64,000 nucleotides of DNA from NCBI GenBank assembly GCA_030248215.1, contig JASANG010000266.1:186001-250000 (forward strand). The letters are read 5' to 3'. Shown in pieces: positions 60,031-64,000 of the stretch. Position 1 is the stretch's first letter, and each line of letters starts with the position of its first letter. Below the pieces are notes generated by a model. That model did not search any database. It saw only the letters and a list, made by a program, of their open reading frames with translations, and had not been told where the DNA came from. Source of the stretch: Enoplolaimus lenunculus (Eukaryota). A program made the position numbers and the translations under genes.

Positions 60031-62785
60031 ATGACGCTTCAGTGGACCTTTGTGGCTGTTTTTCTCTACGGAGAAATAGGCGTTATAGCATTATTTCTGC
60101 TTCCTTGGATTCGTGCCAATATGTAAGTTAATTTTTTGTTAGCATAGTCATGTAAATTTTGCTATAAATAATTAGCATTTCTAAACCTGATAGATTTACT
60201 AAAAACTAATAATATAGCAAGTTGCAGGATAAAATTTTAACGCATGTATTTCAGGTGGGCAAAATTTTTTCGAAGCCGCTTTGTTCGCGGTATTGAAGCG
60301 TACTCAAAAGTGTTCGCATATGCACTTGGTGGAATACTGTTTCTGTTGTTTGGAGGTTAGTTAGTTAGCCTAAACTGTAGCCCATGTGAATTGTTACACC
60401 AGGTACTGTTATATATAGCAGATTTGACTAGCTAAAACTGCATCAATTTTCAAGTTTATGCCCTGCAGCAATAAATATGAGAACACAACTGGCTGGTGCT
60501 AGGAATACTTGTTTGCTGCTCACGAAAGGTTTCTTTTCACACGTAATGAATGGATTAAGAAAAGAGTCTCATGTTTATGTTAGGCTTAGACTTTGGATAA
60601 CAATCAACAGCGTTCGGTTTTTATCAAAGCAAACAAGCATCGCCATAGGCGCTTCATGCAAATTTTAAAAATTTCATCAGTAGTAACAGTGGCATTTCTA
60701 GGGTCGCGATACGACAAAAAACTCGATACAGTAGTAAGTAAATACGCTGTATAAAGCATACTATTTTGATTTGTTGGTAAGCGACAGCTACTAGTTTTGA
60801 TAGCATTGTTTTAGATGCAATTCGGGAAGTGCGCAAATACTCGTATCCACAAGAAATGACTCGAGAAGCAATGATTGCGTCACCAAACGCAGATATGTTG
60901 ATTAATATGCGATTATTTCGTGCACAGCGTAACTTATATATATCCGGCTTTGCGTTATTTTTATATCTGTAAGTACGTAGCTAATACATTTTGTTTGACT
61001 TTAAGTGATGTTTAATTTACGAAGTTCTACGTTGAATAAAAATATGACGTTAAGTTATGTTGCTGTATGAATTTCAATATGACAAGTTTGTTAAGTATAG
61101 TTTTTTTATGGTTCTAATTTGAAAGTAAATATATAGTTCAAATAGTGCATATATTTTACATGTTGTAGTTAAATCGTGATGTCAATATGACAGTGTAAAA
61201 GTTTGACTAGCGGTTATCACATTATAGCATGTCATAGCAATAGTGTGGTTAGTTATTGTGAAGTTCTTATTCTTTTTACTCGCTATTCTGATTGCTTGGA
61301 ATTGGTTTAGTGCACAGTTTGCCGATTTACTTTTGTTAATATTTTAGTGTCATTCGTCGAATGGTAGCAATGTTGGTTAAAGAGTCACAGCTAACAGCAT
61401 CTGTTGAAGCCGCCATGAAACAAGCCAAAGGCGCTACTGAAGCAGCTTCCAAAGTCATGAGCGATACTAATGTTAGTGGATTTATTATTTTATGCAACCT
61501 ATAATTGTGCATAATTTTTGAAAGATCATATGATACCGTCTTTTTTTACTTTGGCTTTGTTTACTTTCATCCGTTGCTGTTTTACACTTGTAATATTTTA
61601 TCGAGAAGCTTCTGCTAGCGATAATTCTCTTCTGTCTTAATTCGTAGCTCGGAGGCGAACTGTCTTTTTCATTTGTTTTCTCGTTTTAATCCGCTAAATT
61701 AGCAGGGATGTGCGCATTTTGTTTTGTTTCAAAAGGTTTCAATTTTGGATAAAAAATTAGTTTAAGCGTTTCCTTTTGGTCTATGATCCAAGTTTTAAAT
61801 GGACCAGTTATGACGTTTCTTCCGTGGCATTTGTAAAACTTTTGTAAATAAGTTGCCGGGTTAGTAAATTTCTTAATTGCAGGTGGTGTGAAAAGATTTT
61901 TTGGGCTGTTAATATGGATATTACTGAAGCACCATGTATACAAGTTTGAGTACTGCTGCTTTAGGTAAAATTAATTGGCTTCCACCTCTAACTAAATCTG
62001 TTTTATCTTGTACTGCATTCTGTTCGTTCTAGTTGCGCAAACTTGACAAATCATTTATTAACAAGACATCGTGTATATTGTAGATAGAGCTAGTAATGCA
62101 TTGTTTGTTATTACAACTGCTTACAGGATATCGGTGAAGACTCTGAGGCAATCGTTAAAGAATATAACAAGAAGATTGCGACAATTCGCAAAGGTTTGTA
62201 TAGTCTAGGTTGGCTGTTTTTCGTTTTGTCCGTGACGCTTCAAGGAAAAATGTGTAGATGTGGTGCTTTCGGCTTTTTGTCTAAATTGCGTATATGGCAG
62301 ACTGGATTTATGGTTTGCTTTTTTGTAATTAATTTTATGACTGACTGTTGCTTTTTTCGCAAAGTTTTGTAGCTTTCTAGAGTTGGAACTAGCTATTATG
62401 GATCGTGACACGATGAAAAAACAGTCCGATGCTCTAAAAGCTGAATACGATAGATTGGCTGAAAATTATGCCAAACTTGAAAAGGTATCTCTTAGGCATT
62501 TTTTCAAACGTTTTAATGTGTTTATTAACAGATTGCTTACTGGCCATGCAAACAAAAGTAACAAAAAACAACAGTAAATTGCATCTTTAGGTGAATGTAT
62601 AATATGGGCCATACTAGCATAGTAAAACATTATTCTTTATGTCGCCCGTATTACTACATACATGCCATCATGTACTAGCCTTTTAATTGATGGCTTGAGC
62701 AGTTGTGATTTAAGAGAAATTTTGCACTCCATAACTATTTCAAAACTTCTTGTTTCAGCGCTCTTCGGACAAAAAGGATGATTGA
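60031..62785 (+). CDS. BCAP31: B-cell receptor-associated protein 31/29 family ER membrane protein, 7 coding exons
   Basis: MTLQWTFVAVFLYGEIG...; DAIREVRKY; MRLFRAQRNLYISGFALFL; coiled coil MKKQSDALKAEYDRLAENYAKLEK; ends RSSDKKDD* (KKxx ER-retrieval motif). Cannot distinguish BCAP31 from BCAP29; probably co-orthologous to both. Confidence 0.93.
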
Positions 62786-64000
62786 TTATAATTTATGGGT
62801 TACAGAGCACAAAATGAAATTTTGCGAACACGATTTGAAATGAATTGAATTTTTGTTTAGTTTTGTTAACTGTAGTAATGTTTGTAATTGTTTTGATTTT
62901 ACTCATAAATACTGAGTTGGACACATCGTAATTTAGATTTTCAAACTATATAGTATTTTTAAGCAGATAGCCGCAAACAGAAACTGAAACCGCGTCACAG
63001 AGTAACTTGTTTGCTGTTGAATTGACGCAATTTTACTGGTTAATGGCTGGCATCGTAATAAGACGTAATTATATCCGTCATTTTTCACTCAAATTGTTGG
63101 ACTCCTTACCCTTTGACGTTGATTTATAAAATTTATTTTGTTAATTTTGGAACATGTTAAAACAATAATTTTTCCTAATTTTGTTCTCATTAATCATTGT
63201 CAGTCTTTTATAATGAATTTCAGTCATGGTTTTTTTGTACTAACAATACGTAATTATTGATGTTAATTAAATTTAATAGTAAAGGTAAATTCTATTGGTT
63301 GATGCCTGCCAGTCATGTTAATGAAAAAATTTGTTGCTTGGTCGACATATTAACGAGAACTTAGATAGCGGCAGTATTGCAGGCGACTAATTTAAAAACA
63401 ATTTTAGGGCGTGTAAAACATACTAATTGCTCAAATTCGCCGTTCAAACGAGATCAGTATGATTTTTGTTCGTTTATGAATTTAGGTAAACAGTTATTGA
63501 TTTTATCACTTTTTTACTTTTCTAAGCATTTTGTATTAAAGACGTAGCAAAGTTCGGTCCATGTATAAATGAGGGCCGAATCATTTTCCGTGGGAGTTAA
63601 GTTTAAGCTTTAGATTGTTTTTCCTAGGCTTCGGCATAACGTGCGAATGCAGGTTCATGTATAGATTAGGGGCTAGATCATTTTCTTCGTATGCCTGCTA
63701 TGGAGTAAGCCTAAGTTTTACTTTAGACTAACGTTTGCTTAGATTTACGCTCAGGGTTAGTGATGTGCGTATACTACTGCGATGGCTCTGATCTATACAT
63801 TGGTCGGAATATGCTTTATGCACAGTTAAGGTGCTCGTCTGTGCACTGGCACCATACGTAGCAAAAATAAATTTAGCATGTCATTTGAAACGGTATAGGA
63901 ATATTAATACACAAATCGGCTAAATTTGTATTTATATATTATACAGTAAAGTATTATTTTTATTTGCAACGTAAGGGCTGATAAAATTAAAAACATTTGG

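Noticed and set aside
61172..61295. C/D-box snoRNA in a BCAP31 intron
   Set aside because: The C box is imperfect (GTGATGT), the terminal stem is minimal and I could not identify an rRNA guide.

Overview
This is eukaryotic (metazoan, probably invertebrate), AT-rich genomic DNA with GT-AG spliceosomal introns, so most ORFs in the supplied track are exon fragments or noise. Six genes can be assembled by hand: (1) MARF1/Limkain-b1 (+, starts before the window, ends 13600); (2) a 4-exon DNAJB9/ERdj4-like J-protein (-, 26895->16571); (3) a single-pass membrane protein with 4-cysteine EGF-like repeats and a PPSY motif (+, ~19.0/19.97-21.57 kb), which appears to sit antisense inside the 7.5-kb second intron of the DNAJB9-like gene; (4) COG7 (-, 44971->35232); (5) UBE2N/Ubc13 (+, 50622-53915); (6) BCAP31/BCAP29 (+, 60031-62785). 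Introns and intergenic DNA are full of non-autonomous transposons: hAT-type MITEs with readable 8-bp target-site duplications, CACTG-ended elements, Helentron/DINE-like elements, tRNA-derived SINEs, a decayed CR1/L2 end, and an inverted pair of 81-bp satellite arrays. The most notable observations are the nested antisense gene, its unusual EGF-receptor-like product, the foldback satellite structure and an in-frame duplicated splice acceptor in UBE2N. No CRISPR or prokaryotic system is present. All homology calls come from my recall of protein families, not from database searches, and all splice models are unverified by transcript data.
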